Of a stretch of DNA of 64,000 bases, positions 1 to 9,476 are shown piece after piece. The stretch is from the IMG/VR virus record IMGVR_UViG_638275430_000001, positions 22,274 through 86,273 of that record; one strand, 5' to 3'. How positions within the stretch are numbered: the stretch's first letter is position 1; each line of letters opens with the position of its first letter. The notes beneath the pieces were generated by a model, which had not been told where the DNA came from, did not search any database, and saw only the letters and a list, made by a program, of their open reading frames with translations. The position numbers and the translations under genes are program-made. The DNA comes from a virus (taxonomy: Duplodnaviria; Heunggongvirae; Uroviricota; Caudoviricetes).

Positions 1-57
1 ACTCGCTATCTTTTTGCGTCCCAACATGCTTATCGCCTTCAATGATAAGTTTCATAT
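1..57 (-). CDS. Partial CDS, N-terminus only (MKLIIEGDKHVGTQKDSE...). It continues past the window start. Not in the ORF track because it is truncated
   Basis: ATG is the reverse complement of 55-57. SD aaggaaacaatATG. Early-type promoter TTGACT-N17-TATCAT upstream on the minus strand (about 66-100). Confidence 0.4.
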
Positions 58-124
58 TGTTTCCTTGTGAATAAGTATAGCCATGATACATCAAGATCAT
101 CAAGTAGTCAACATGTGCGCAGCA

Positions 125-235
125 CTTCGAGCGCAGCGAGACAAAACAAAATCTCTTATAGATCTTTAATGAGAATCTATTTTGTCTTCCTTAAGGTAAT
201 CAATGAGTTAGCTTCGCAGTGGCAAGCCACTACCA
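125..235. repeat. Copy 1 of a ~110-bp intergenic repeat (72-bp core 100% identical to 27291-27362, inverted orientation)
   Basis: Direct comparison: aaatctcttatagatctttaatgagaatctattttgtcttccttaaggtaatcaatgagttagcttcgcagt. Confidence 0.8.
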
Positions 236-240
236 TACGA

Positions 241-263
241 AAAAGCCACCCGAAGGTGGCTCA
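241..263 (-). terminator. Intrinsic terminator with C(UUCG)G tetraloop hairpin (gccacc-ttcg-ggtggc + U-run on the minus transcript)
   Basis: aaaagccacccgaaggtggc. T-run on the minus strand. Identical stem recurs at 3840 and 7122. Confidence 0.7.
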
Positions 264-824
264 AATGTCAAGCGTCTTAGCTTTGATGTATCCAGTTTGT
301 TCGATGTACTGTTCTAACTCTTCCTTCGTCCACCGCTCTTTGTCAAGAGAAAGCACTTCCTTGATCTTTTCCTGATACTTTGTTCCCATTGCGTCATAAT
401 CTTTACCGCATCGATTTTCATAACGCTGTCTGGCCAACGATTCATCAATAGGAAATTCTACCATAACGAAATCATATTTCAATCGCTTGTACTCAATAAC
501 AGGTTTGTGTCCGTCTAAAATAACGTATTCATACCCCATAGACTCAAGCTGTTGTAGTGAGTGCTGCAACGCGCTGTTAAATTGTACTGCCGGAGTAGTC
601 TCGAAACAATGGTATGTGTGATTTGAACTCCTACATTTCTTATTTCGATCATATGCCCCGATTGCGCAGATTTTATCATTAAACTTGGTATAACTAACTG
701 TTGTTCCTTTAGGAGAAGGACAATCAATTTTATTTCTTGCATCCGGATTGAATTTATCTACCAGCGAATACATATAGGTAGTTTTTCCTGCACCAGGAAT
801 ACCTAATAGCATTATTACTCTCAT
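261..824 (-). CDS. P-loop kinase / NTPase (Walker A GIPGAGKTT)
   Basis: 187 aa. N-terminal GxxGxGKT motif. SD aagaggtaatATG. Early-type promoter GTTTACT..ATAATT upstream (about 835-880). Confidence 0.6.
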   Translation of the reverse strand: MRVIMLLGIPGAGKTTYMYSLVDKFNPDARNKIDCPSPKGTTVSYTKFNDKICAIGAYDRNKKCRSSNHTYHCFETTPAVQFNSALQHSLQQLESMGYEYVILDGHKPVIEYKRLKYDFVMVEFPIDESLARQRYENRCGKDYDAMGTKYQEKIKEVLSLDKERWTKEELEQYIEQTGYIKAKTLDI

Positions 825-885
825 ATTACCTCTTTAGTTTTTCATAACCTAATTATGGCATACTTTATTTGCAAAGTAAACATAA

Positions 886-907
886 GGCTCCCGAAGGAGC
901 CTTTATT
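886..907 (-). terminator. Hairpin terminator (ggctcc-ttcg-ggagcc + U-rich) after the 964-aa fiber gene
   Basis: ggctcccgaaggagcc followed by ttatgttt on the minus strand. Confidence 0.55.
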
Positions 908-3800
908 ACGCAAGTTCTAATCTGTGAGGTAGATATTGCAGTGCAGGCGCTGCACCCGATATCAAGTTATTATCGGTTGTTGCTGTACCAGAAGCGAATC
1001 CAGTTGCCGATATCAACTTGGGCAATTCAACCGCACCAGCGGTTTGCCATGTGTTTGCTGTTGTGTAATATTTGATTCCGAATGATCCGGTTGCACCGGC
1101 AGCGGCACCATCAAGATAATAAACAGTAACAGGTACAAACCAGATATTACCAGCAGCATCTTTGCCTAATATCAATTTGTAATATTCGGTCGGCACGGTT
1201 GCTGCTGCGACTGGGTCAACGTCACCTTGTCCACCGGTATATATATTATTCACGATAAACCCAGCGTTATTCAACGTGCTTTGTTTATTAGTTTCAAACT
1301 GAACTCCAGCAAATGCACCATCAAAGAATGTATCATTATCCGTACCGCCCACAACAGCACCAAATTTCTGAATTAAAAACCAGAATCTAGCTCGTTTCTC
1401 TGGGTCAGTTGAACCACATCGCAACGCAATATCACTGGCTGGTAGTGTATTCACATACGATTGGAAATAGAAATCAACTACGTGCTTTGTAGGACTATAA
1501 ACGTTTGTTGTATCTCTTGTAACGAAGTTCTTTGGATCACCAACTCCGGTATTAACGACTTCTGTTACAACTTTAGAACTTCCAATCTGACGAATCATCG
1601 CATAACTTGAACCTAATGAGTTGTCATCGCCATAAATTGTATGTCCACCACCGGTATCATAAGTAACTCGAACTTTTACCTGCATATCAGCCGTAGGTGT
1701 TACAATTGATCTAGCGATGGACTGTGTGCTAAAGTTTTCCGTTGATGTTGCTGCAACTTTACCTCCATATGTACCCGGTAATCTGTTATTAGCAGAATCA
1801 ACCCAGGTATATGCAAATCGTCCATTTGCCCCAAGTGAAGTAAACACATCACAAACTAACTCATACGTCTTATTTGCTTTCAGAGTAAACACACCGTTAT
1901 TATTAACAACTTCTCCAATCGAAGTCACATTAAACGCAAATGGCAAATCAAATTGTGTGTTGGTACCAGCAGCAGAATATCCAGTTGTGAATCTAGCAAG
2001 CAAGAAATCAGTTCTGTCGCCTTCTAATATAACAGTAGATCTATTATCAACAATATTTGAACCGTCAATTTCTTCTACCAGAATCCAAGTATCACCGCCA
2101 TCATTAGAGTTCTCGCCTCCAGCAACAATATTATGATTCTGTCCGGAATAAGCACAACGAAGACTGATCATATTATTTTCTGTTGGAGTAATATATGCAA
2201 TTCCAACCGGAGTATTTGTGTATGCAGTAGATCCCCAGATACTAGCGTACATCTGATCCGCTGGCCAAGACGCAGTTGTATCATTAAACACACCCCATCT
2301 AGCCCAACTTGTTCCTAATCCAGAAGCAGATATGTTATAAGTGATCTTATATGTATATCCAGATCTCAATGCAATTTGTGTTCCATTGCCTCTTGCAATA
2401 TTATCGCCAACGCTTCTAACTGTCGTCAGTGATAATATCGAGTTTAATGTTTGTGCCAATGCGGTAGCAGATAATTTAGCAAACATATGTCCACGAGCTG
2501 TGCCAGTTGCAGATGATGAAGTTAATTTCCAGTATCTAGTAGCAAGCACAAACTGATAACTATTACCAATGGGTGAGGTATAAGTTGCATTGTTTGCTGG
2601 ATTACTTGGGAACGTGATTGTTTCCATTTTGCCATCATAATCTGCCCATGAGTTATCCGGACGATGTAATAGAACTTGATTCAAGTTCATATCAAAGTAA
2701 ATCTTAACTCCGAATGTTGGTACACTATACGAATTTGTCAATCTATAGCTTGTGTATGACTGATTCATATCGACTGTGCCAAGTCTTACCCATTCTTTTC
2801 CAGCATTGAATATTTGACCAGGCGACACGTTTTTGGTACAAATATAAACTGCTTCCGCTAGTCCATATCTGACTAGATCTCCAGTATAATATTGACGGTC
2901 GATTTCAAATCCAACAATATTCAATGGCTCAAGTTTAGATAGATAATTCTGTAGACCGAATGCTGGCACATTACCAACCAACGGCATCCATTTTGTCATA
3001 TCCAGTTTGATTGTGTTTGTTGAATTCAAAGTCTGAGTCGAAATAACATAGCACATATAAAGTGTAATATCAGAATCATTCAACGCAATAACATCACCGA
3101 ATGTATAGTTAGTATTAACAGCGGGAACAACTCCTCTCCACACTGGTTGATATCTACCACCATTCAGTACCGGTCTGAATGTCTGTGTGTTACCAGAACC
3201 CCACGCGAAATTCGTACCAGCGACGATGGCCGCGTTGGCCTGCGCAATGATACCCTGATAAGATACAATCGCATTAGCATCGTATGAAAGACTGGTACTG
3301 AACACTGGTGCAGTTTTAAAGCCAGTCAGTTTTGTGAAGTAATTCAGTTCCGTAATTGCTTTGCCAACGCTAGTAATACTCGCACGATACAGATCTGTCC
3401 TGTAATAGAACATATCACCCTTGGCAATAACACGATCTAGTAGCGGGTTAATTTCATCCCAATCCGGTACGTTAGTAATTTCTGCCGCTGTTGTTAACTC
3501 TTTCCAGTTAGTTGATAATGTACCAACTACGAATGGAGTATCATACGGCATATCACCATTTGCGCGATATACTTTATTATCACGGTAACATAGATCGTCT
3601 TTGATCCAACTTCTTTGTTGTTTCCAATCCGGTACGTTTGCTGTTAATGCGGCTTCTGGCAATTGTGATTCCAGAATCTTACCATCGCTATCTGTAATAA
3701 CGATATGAGTGGAAGAAGCATCAGCCCAACGTCCATCATTCCACACTTTCGGAATGTTATCTTTGATTGGCTGTGTAACTAATGGTATTCTTTCTGCCAT
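906..3800 (-). CDS. Tail fiber protein, paralog B (964 aa). N-terminal ~115 aa homologous to the 1069-aa neighbour
   Basis: G/S/T/N-rich beta-type composition. Shared N-terminus MAERIPLV..PKVW..G.WADA. Late-promoter-like CTAAATAAT 27 nt upstream. SD caagaggattgacaaaATG. Confidence 0.75.
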   Translation of the reverse strand: MAERIPLVTQPIKDNIPKVWNDGRWADASSTHIVITDSDGKILESQLPEAALTANVPDWKQQRSWIKDDLCYRDNKVYRANGDMPYDTPFVVGTLSTNWKELTTAAEITNVPDWDEINPLLDRVIAKGDMFYYRTDLYRASITSVGKAITELNYFTKLTGFKTAPVFSTSLSYDANAIVSYQGIIAQANAAIVAGTNFAWGSGNTQTFRPVLNGGRYQPVWRGVVPAVNTNYTFGDVIALNDSDITLYMCYVISTQTLNSTNTIKLDMTKWMPLVGNVPAFGLQNYLSKLEPLNIVGFEIDRQYYTGDLVRYGLAEAVYICTKNVSPGQIFNAGKEWVRLGTVDMNQSYTSYRLTNSYSVPTFGVKIYFDMNLNQVLLHRPDNSWADYDGKMETITFPSNPANNATYTSPIGNSYQFVLATRYWKLTSSSATGTARGHMFAKLSATALAQTLNSILSLTTVRSVGDNIARGNGTQIALRSGYTYKITYNISASGLGTSWARWGVFNDTTASWPADQMYASIWGSTAYTNTPVGIAYITPTENNMISLRCAYSGQNHNIVAGGENSNDGGDTWILVEEIDGSNIVDNRSTVILEGDRTDFLLARFTTGYSAAGTNTQFDLPFAFNVTSIGEVVNNNGVFTLKANKTYELVCDVFTSLGANGRFAYTWVDSANNRLPGTYGGKVAATSTENFSTQSIARSIVTPTADMQVKVRVTYDTGGGHTIYGDDNSLGSSYAMIRQIGSSKVVTEVVNTGVGDPKNFVTRDTTNVYSPTKHVVDFYFQSYVNTLPASDIALRCGSTDPEKRARFWFLIQKFGAVVGGTDNDTFFDGAFAGVQFETNKQSTLNNAGFIVNNIYTGGQGDVDPVAAATVPTEYYKLILGKDAAGNIWFVPVTVYYLDGAAAGATGSFGIKYYTTANTWQTAGAVELPKLISATGFASGTATTDNNLISGAAPALQYLPHRLELA

Positions 3801-3824
3801 TTTGTCAATCCTCTTGTTATATTG

Positions 3825-3833
3825 ATTATTTAG
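3825..3833 (-). promoter_or_regulatory. Putative late promoter CTAAATAAT (variant of T4 TATAAATA)
   Basis: Reverse complement of attatttag. Same motif and spacing upstream of the genes at 7073, 9764, 20887, 25315 and 37141. Confidence 0.45.
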
Positions 3834-3836
3834 AGA

Positions 3837-3860
3837 AAAGCCACCCGAAGGTGGCTTATT
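3837..3860 (-). terminator. C(UUCG)G hairpin terminator after the 1069-aa fiber gene
   Basis: aaaagccacccgaaggtggctt. Confidence 0.7.
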
Positions 3861-3863
3861 ATA

Positions 3864-6800
3864 TTATGACATTTTTGTGATTTTCCACCACATTCTATTA
3901 GATGATGGAGCGGCATTTGCTCCATTACCAACGGTAACATCAATTTTTAACTTGATGTCTCCTGCGGCTGTATTTGATACCAACGCACATCCAACAGAAG
4001 CGTCGCCATCTTTCCAAGATGATGATGTAGGCCAGAAACTAATAGTTTGTATGCCTCCAGTTAATGTGGCATTACTAACACTACCTAATGTTGAGTAGTA
4101 GTATCCATCTGCAATAGATCCATTTGACATTGCCCATTGCCATTCAAAAATATATTTCCCAGCGGGAAGAGTTAACGTTGATGTACCAACACCACTGACA
4201 CCAATTGAGTCTATCAATGAACTGAATATTGCTGAATATCCCGTGCTTGCGCCGGTGTTGGAGAATGTTCCCATTGCCATCTTCGGACTAACATACGCGG
4301 CAACCGCTCCGCTGTTTAGTGTAGTGACATCAAATCCAATTCCCCCTAATCCAAGCGTATTACCTCCCCCGACTGTTAGCGTCAACGGCAATGCAGGTAA
4401 AACTCCTATTTGAAGCCATACTAAGTTGTTAGTTGGTCCATTTGCAACGTAAGTTCCGGTAACGGATCCGGCTACCCAAACTCCGACATAATCTCCGATT
4501 TTAACTTGTGAACCGGGAGAAACGGAAGTAGTTCCACTCGCAAATGTTGTTGTGCTAACGAGATCAAACTTACCACCAGTGCTAAAAGAACTTTCGCCTA
4601 TTTGCGGACGCATAACAACAACTGCGCCAGATGATCCGTAATTGGGAATTCTAACAGTAGACAAAATACCGTCTACGTTTATTCTTGACTGACGATCAAG
4701 AAACACGTTTGGTCCACCCATAGTAGCATTTGGAGCTGGATTTTGTCCTTTAGTAACTACTCCCGTACTACTAGCAGCAGTCAACGGTTTCCATTCCCCA
4801 GATCCATAAAGAACATAGTCCTGTGTATTAAGTGGAGCGGCAGCAAGAGCACCAGCTTTACCTTGAACTGTTGCGGTAGATCCCTGGAATATTGGGAATG
4901 CGCCGGCTGTTCCGGATATCTGAACAACGGTCCACTGACTATAACCGTCGGATGTAGATGGATATGTTTTGTCGCGACTTCTAACTAACGCAATTTCCAA
5001 ATTTTTCGTGGGTGTATAAATGAAATTACCACCCTGTCCTCCGGTTGCTTGTGATGTACCGGATGCATCAGAAATTAACAACTCACCTGGATCAATATAT
5101 AATCCGTCCGTGATGTTTCTCCATCTAAACGCGGCATATTCGGCTCCCGATACGTGTATAGATGTGGTAATCATATAAGTTTGATTTGCTTTTAGTTGCA
5201 CTCTGTTGTTTGTGCATGTTATTCCGTAATTCTTCACGGAAACAATTGGCATCAAACTACCGGTAGTTTGAACGGTCTGAGCAACAGCAGAAATTGTACC
5301 ACTAACAAAAGGAATTTCGGAACTCAATAATTCGGCTGGATCTTTCCATTCTCCGTCACCAAACAGAATCTTTTTCTCGGCACCCGCAACAGGAGCAGCA
5401 ACTACACCCGGTTTACCAGGAGTCGTATTAGTTGCGCCTTGAAAAATAGGAAGACTACCATTAGATCCAGATATTTGCATCACGCTATATGAGCTAAACG
5501 GCTCATGCAATGCAACCGCACCTCCAGTTCGTTTCAGATAAATCGTTTCATTCACTGTTGGAGAATAAATGAATGTTGTACTAAGTGATCCAGCTTCATT
5601 TGCGGTATGTGTTACTGTTATTCCACTGAACGGAGCGGGGCCAATTAGTCCGGTTGTATTAACTGCATTATTATTTGACCATTGAAACGTTGCTGATCCT
5701 AGTGTCGATACAAGATAAACATTCGTGGAAATCAAGTATGTCTGATTTGCTTTTAAATTGATTCCGTTCGAAGTTATTGACATATCGCGTGATTGTGTTG
5801 CTGATAATGCGACAACTGTTCCGTTCGATACGTTCGCCGCTTGTGTTAGTCTGCCCTGAATATAAGGAACATCTGATAATACACTTCCACCTCCGCTTCC
5901 AACTTTCTTCCATGTTGCACCCGTTGTTCCTTCTACAAATACGGTATTTGCGGGAATAGCCGCATTCGAGATATACAACTCTCCGTTGTTTCTAACGAGC
6001 TGCAATGCGTTGTAGGCTTGATTCGCAACGAAGTCAGTAACAGCCCCACCTCCCAGTGCTTTCCATGTTGCACCAGTCGTTCCAACAGCCCATAACGTAT
6101 TCGCAGGGATATCAGCGTTTGCGATATAAGTGTTTCCGTCTGTGTAGACGACTACTGTATTCTTTTTATATGCGCTCGCAAATTTCCAAACGTTATAAGT
6201 TAGATCGTCTGCTTTGGAAAGATAATTATCCAGTATAATCGGAGTATCGTTAATCAAAGGTGCCCAATATGCTGGAAGCGGAGTTGTTTCTGTTCCGATA
6301 GGAGGAGCAGATGCAGCAACACAAACGTAAAGAATATTGGATCTGGGCGTAGGGGCGATTACATCACCATAAAAGAAACCCTGACCATTAGCAGTCATCA
6401 CACCTCTCCAAGCATACTGCAAATATCCGTTGAATAGAACTGGACGCCATGTAACTGCTTGACCACTCGCTCCCCACTCAAATGGAACATTACCACCAAT
6501 GTTTGTGTTTGGTGTTACATAATATCCTTGCCAGCGAATAAGTTCACCGGCGGTATATGATTTGGTATACACATAAGATGGCGGCAACGTAAATCCTGTC
6601 AACTTTTCAAAATGATTAGTAGATGTTATTTCATTTCCTACGTTATTCGCCCGAGATCTATACAGCGAACCGCTGTAATAATACATTTCTCCTTCTCGAA
6701 TAGCGCGATCTATTCCAGGATTATATGCTGTCCAACTCGGAACGTTTGAAATTTCTGCCGCAGATGTAACGAGTTGCCAAGTCGCACCACCAGTAGATAT

Positions 6801-7073
6801 TACAAATGGAGTATTCGCAGGTATATCAGTATTAGCGCGATATACCTGTCCGATATGATAAGCCAACGCTCCTGCTTTCCATGACTTAGATTGTGCCCAT
6901 GTTGGAGCATTAGCAACAATTACTTCCTCAGGAATAACAGAACTTGAAATTTTACCATCGGTTCCCTTGGTAACAATATCAGTTGTTGGCGCATCAGCCC
7001 ATGCTCCATTTAGCCACACTTTTGGTGTAGTTGTTTTCGGAGGCTGTAAGACTAATGGAATTCTTTCTGCCAT
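3864..7073 (-). CDS. Tail fiber protein, paralog A (1069 aa) with internal tandem repeats
   Basis: N-terminus homologous to the 964-aa ORF. Three ~40-aa repeats of AN.DIPANT..V..T.GATW..V. Two tandem ~175-aa domains (aa ~405-580 and ~590-765). CTAAATAC upstream. SD caagaggacaataaaaATG. Confidence 0.75.
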   Translation of the reverse strand: MAERIPLVLQPPKTTTPKVWLNGAWADAPTTDIVTKGTDGKISSSVIPEEVIVANAPTWAQSKSWKAGALAYHIGQVYRANTDIPANTPFVISTGGATWQLVTSAAEISNVPSWTAYNPGIDRAIREGEMYYYSGSLYRSRANNVGNEITSTNHFEKLTGFTLPPSYVYTKSYTAGELIRWQGYYVTPNTNIGGNVPFEWGASGQAVTWRPVLFNGYLQYAWRGVMTANGQGFFYGDVIAPTPRSNILYVCVAASAPPIGTETTPLPAYWAPLINDTPIILDNYLSKADDLTYNVWKFASAYKKNTVVVYTDGNTYIANADIPANTLWAVGTTGATWKALGGGAVTDFVANQAYNALQLVRNNGELYISNAAIPANTVFVEGTTGATWKKVGSGGGSVLSDVPYIQGRLTQAANVSNGTVVALSATQSRDMSITSNGINLKANQTYLISTNVYLVSTLGSATFQWSNNNAVNTTGLIGPAPFSGITVTHTANEAGSLSTTFIYSPTVNETIYLKRTGGAVALHEPFSSYSVMQISGSNGSLPIFQGATNTTPGKPGVVAAPVAGAEKKILFGDGEWKDPAELLSSEIPFVSGTISAVAQTVQTTGSLMPIVSVKNYGITCTNNRVQLKANQTYMITTSIHVSGAEYAAFRWRNITDGLYIDPGELLISDASGTSQATGGQGGNFIYTPTKNLEIALVRSRDKTYPSTSDGYSQWTVVQISGTAGAFPIFQGSTATVQGKAGALAAAPLNTQDYVLYGSGEWKPLTAASSTGVVTKGQNPAPNATMGGPNVFLDRQSRINVDGILSTVRIPNYGSSGAVVVMRPQIGESSFSTGGKFDLVSTTTFASGTTSVSPGSQVKIGDYVGVWVAGSVTGTYVANGPTNNLVWLQIGVLPALPLTLTVGGGNTLGLGGIGFDVTTLNSGAVAAYVSPKMAMGTFSNTGASTGYSAIFSSLIDSIGVSGVGTSTLTLPAGKYIFEWQWAMSNGSIADGYYYSTLGSVSNATLTGGIQTISFWPTSSSWKDGDASVGCALVSNTAAGDIKLKIDVTVGNGANAAPSSNRMWWKITKMS

Positions 7074-7098
7074 TTTTATTGTCCTCTTGTTATATTGA

Positions 7099-7106
7099 GT
7101 ATTTAG
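7099..7106 (-). promoter_or_regulatory. Putative late promoter CTAAATAC
   Basis: Reverse complement of gtatttag, about 27 nt upstream of the ATG at 7073. Confidence 0.4.
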
Positions 7107-7121
7107 TGTAAAAACAAAAAA

Positions 7122-7142
7122 GCCACCCGAAGGTGGCTAATT
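7122..7142 (-). terminator. C(UUCG)G hairpin terminator
   Basis: gccacccgaaggtggc directly after the stop of the 773-aa gene. Confidence 0.7.
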
Positions 7143-7144
7143 AA

Positions 7145-9466
7145 TTAAGGTGTAACGATTATTTCTTCCAGATAAGGAACACCTGCATCCATAATAAGCT
7201 TATATTTCTTGGCTGTAGCAGCATCGGTAATTACGTCAGACGCAACTTCCTCTTCTACCAACTTGTTACCAACAACAACACGACGTTTTCCGTCATTTGT
7301 CGCTGGCTTAGCAAGTGCACCAACCATATCTGCTGTATAATCACCGGCTTGTGGAACAACGTTACCAGTTCTTGTATTGAATCCAGTTACAGATGTTGCA
7401 ACAGAACCGCCGTAAGTCCAGTTCGCTTTGATGTTAGGCAATGCGAATGCGTCCAAATACCACTGATCTTGGGTGTCAATCTGAATCGCAATAGTGAATC
7501 TATTTGCAACAGGCAAAGACAATCTAGCAGTTTCATTTGCAACGCTTACACGACGCAGTGTATCGATAGGAGGCAATTGCTCTACAGATACCTTACCGTC
7601 TTCACCCAATTTCGCAGCACCGTTAGGCACACCGAGTTTTACAGCACCATCGTTCTCGGCACTAGCTGGACGAACGTAAAGTTCACCAGTCGCGCTTACC
7701 AGCGTGTTACGGCCAGGCATAACGATTCCAAGCTCGGTCGGTTTAGCAACGTTCGCTAGATTTCGTTCAAGATAGAATGTGTTTGGATCAACTAGATTCA
7801 GGAACGATTCATTCTCTCCGATGTTTCGCATAATAACGAGTTTGTCGCCCGCTTTAAATGCTAACCCACCATAGTTAATCTCACGATCCGATCTCCAGTA
7901 GTCGTTCTTTGTCGCGGGAACGAATTGAGTCAAGTCTCTAGTGAAATTGATATCACCGCGCATTGTACCAACTTTAAATGTATCAGCATCTTTCAATGCG
8001 TTAATACTCAGTCGATTTGCACCTTGTAGAGTCTCAAGCATTCTAGCAACATCTGCACCATCTTCTTTGTTGATAATATCAACGGCACGGAAACGCATCA
8101 AATCCACAACTCGCCATGGTTCAGTTGGAACGGTTGTACCACCATAACACTTAATTGGAGTACCATCCGGTTTTACAACACGAACGTTAAGAATATTACC
8201 GGGCTGAACAAACAAGTTTCCCTGATAGTTAATCAGTTCTTCCTGTCTATCTACTAATTCCGCATTCTTCACAGTCTGAGAATAAATTAGAGTCAGTCCA
8301 CCTTGTGACCATATTTGGAATTTAATATCACCGACGTAATTCTCCGCAGGCATAAGAGCCATTCTAAGAATAGCCATTCTCGCTGGATATGGACGAGTGA
8401 AATTATAATCCACGATTTGTCCATAATCGATATCACCGTTAAACGGAACTCTGTTCTCTCTTGCCTCAAATACAACCTCAGCAGCACCATAAATGCTTAG
8501 TCCGTCGTTTGATATACCTTGCCAAACTGGATAGAAGTTATCACCCGTGAACACATTTCGAAACGCCATATTCTCGTTGTTAGAAATGATTTTATGTCCA
8601 CCGATATCAATAACGTTTCTGTCTTCGGCATTTACACCGAATGGAATAGCTTTGAATCTCTGTGCTGGTGTCCATGAATGTTGATTGTCATTACTGAAAC
8701 GAACATATTCATGAATACCATCTTGGAAGAATGATGTCCACGGACCCAATTCGGATGCAGAATATTGAGCAATAAAACTCAATCCATCTTGAGCAACGAA
8801 TCTAAATGGAGCGTCAAAGGTTAATCCACTATTAATAGAGATTCTTCCCCATTGTCTGAGATCTTTATCAAACGTGGTAGACCAAGGACCAGTCTCAGTT
8901 TCTCCATATTGATACACGATAGTATCCGCACTGATTTTAAATCCAGCAGTATAATCGATTCCTTCATTTACACTCATTCGTGCGTATTTGTGAGTTGCTT
9001 GATCGAAAGTGTTCACCCAATCAGAAATACCATTAATTGAATACTGATACTTGACTTTATCAGCAACTAACTTGAATCCCTTTGACCAACTAACTTGATC
9101 GTCTCGACTGAATCGAATATATTTGCTATTATCATCGGGCACTCCAAACCAGCCAGCGTCTCCCGGAGGATTATCTGCGCTATATTGAATAGAAACATCG
9201 AATCCGTCTTTACCCGCGGCACCTACAGCACCAGTGATAACAGCCGTTATTTCTTTCCAAGACGTATCTGCTTTTTTGTATTGGAATAATTGATATGTTC
9301 CCGGAGCAGTTGTGATCAATACAATAAGATCATCGAGCAAGCGTCCTGGATTATTTGTGAAAAACGTATCTCTAGCGGCAGTGCTTGCGAATCTCAAGTC
9401 GTTAGGAACAACAAGAGAGCCACCGCCCGCTCCACCAGATCCACCGCCTAAAACTATAAATGGCAT
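7145..9466 (-). CDS. Virion structural protein (773 aa), tail-fiber/baseplate-associated, with 4 tandem ~45-aa repeats
   Basis: Gly-rich N-terminus (GGGSGGAGGGS). Repeats ..QYS....GPW...F......Y.R.S...G......FK. at aa ~90-275. SD ataaggagaatgaaATG. Confidence 0.6.
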   Translation of the reverse strand: MPFIVLGGGSGGAGGGSLVVPNDLRFASTAARDTFFTNNPGRLLDDLIVLITTAPGTYQLFQYKKADTSWKEITAVITGAVGAAGKDGFDVSIQYSADNPPGDAGWFGVPDDNSKYIRFSRDDQVSWSKGFKLVADKVKYQYSINGISDWVNTFDQATHKYARMSVNEGIDYTAGFKISADTIVYQYGETETGPWSTTFDKDLRQWGRISINSGLTFDAPFRFVAQDGLSFIAQYSASELGPWTSFFQDGIHEYVRFSNDNQHSWTPAQRFKAIPFGVNAEDRNVIDIGGHKIISNNENMAFRNVFTGDNFYPVWQGISNDGLSIYGAAEVVFEARENRVPFNGDIDYGQIVDYNFTRPYPARMAILRMALMPAENYVGDIKFQIWSQGGLTLIYSQTVKNAELVDRQEELINYQGNLFVQPGNILNVRVVKPDGTPIKCYGGTTVPTEPWRVVDLMRFRAVDIINKEDGADVARMLETLQGANRLSINALKDADTFKVGTMRGDINFTRDLTQFVPATKNDYWRSDREINYGGLAFKAGDKLVIMRNIGENESFLNLVDPNTFYLERNLANVAKPTELGIVMPGRNTLVSATGELYVRPASAENDGAVKLGVPNGAAKLGEDGKVSVEQLPPIDTLRRVSVANETARLSLPVANRFTIAIQIDTQDQWYLDAFALPNIKANWTYGGSVATSVTGFNTRTGNVVPQAGDYTADMVGALAKPATNDGKRRVVVGNKLVEEEVASDVITDAATAKKYKLIMDAGVPYLEEIIVTP

Positions 9467-9476
9467 TTCATTCTCC

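Noticed and set aside
67-375. Plus-strand 102-aa ORF overlapping repeat copy 1; it shares a 27-aa peptide with the minus-strand ORF 27216..27398
   Set aside because: The shared peptide comes from identical DNA in an inverted repeat. The ORF reads through a UUCG terminator and a promoter, is low-complexity (Ser/Arg-rich) and lacks an SD. It is treated as non-coding repeat sequence.
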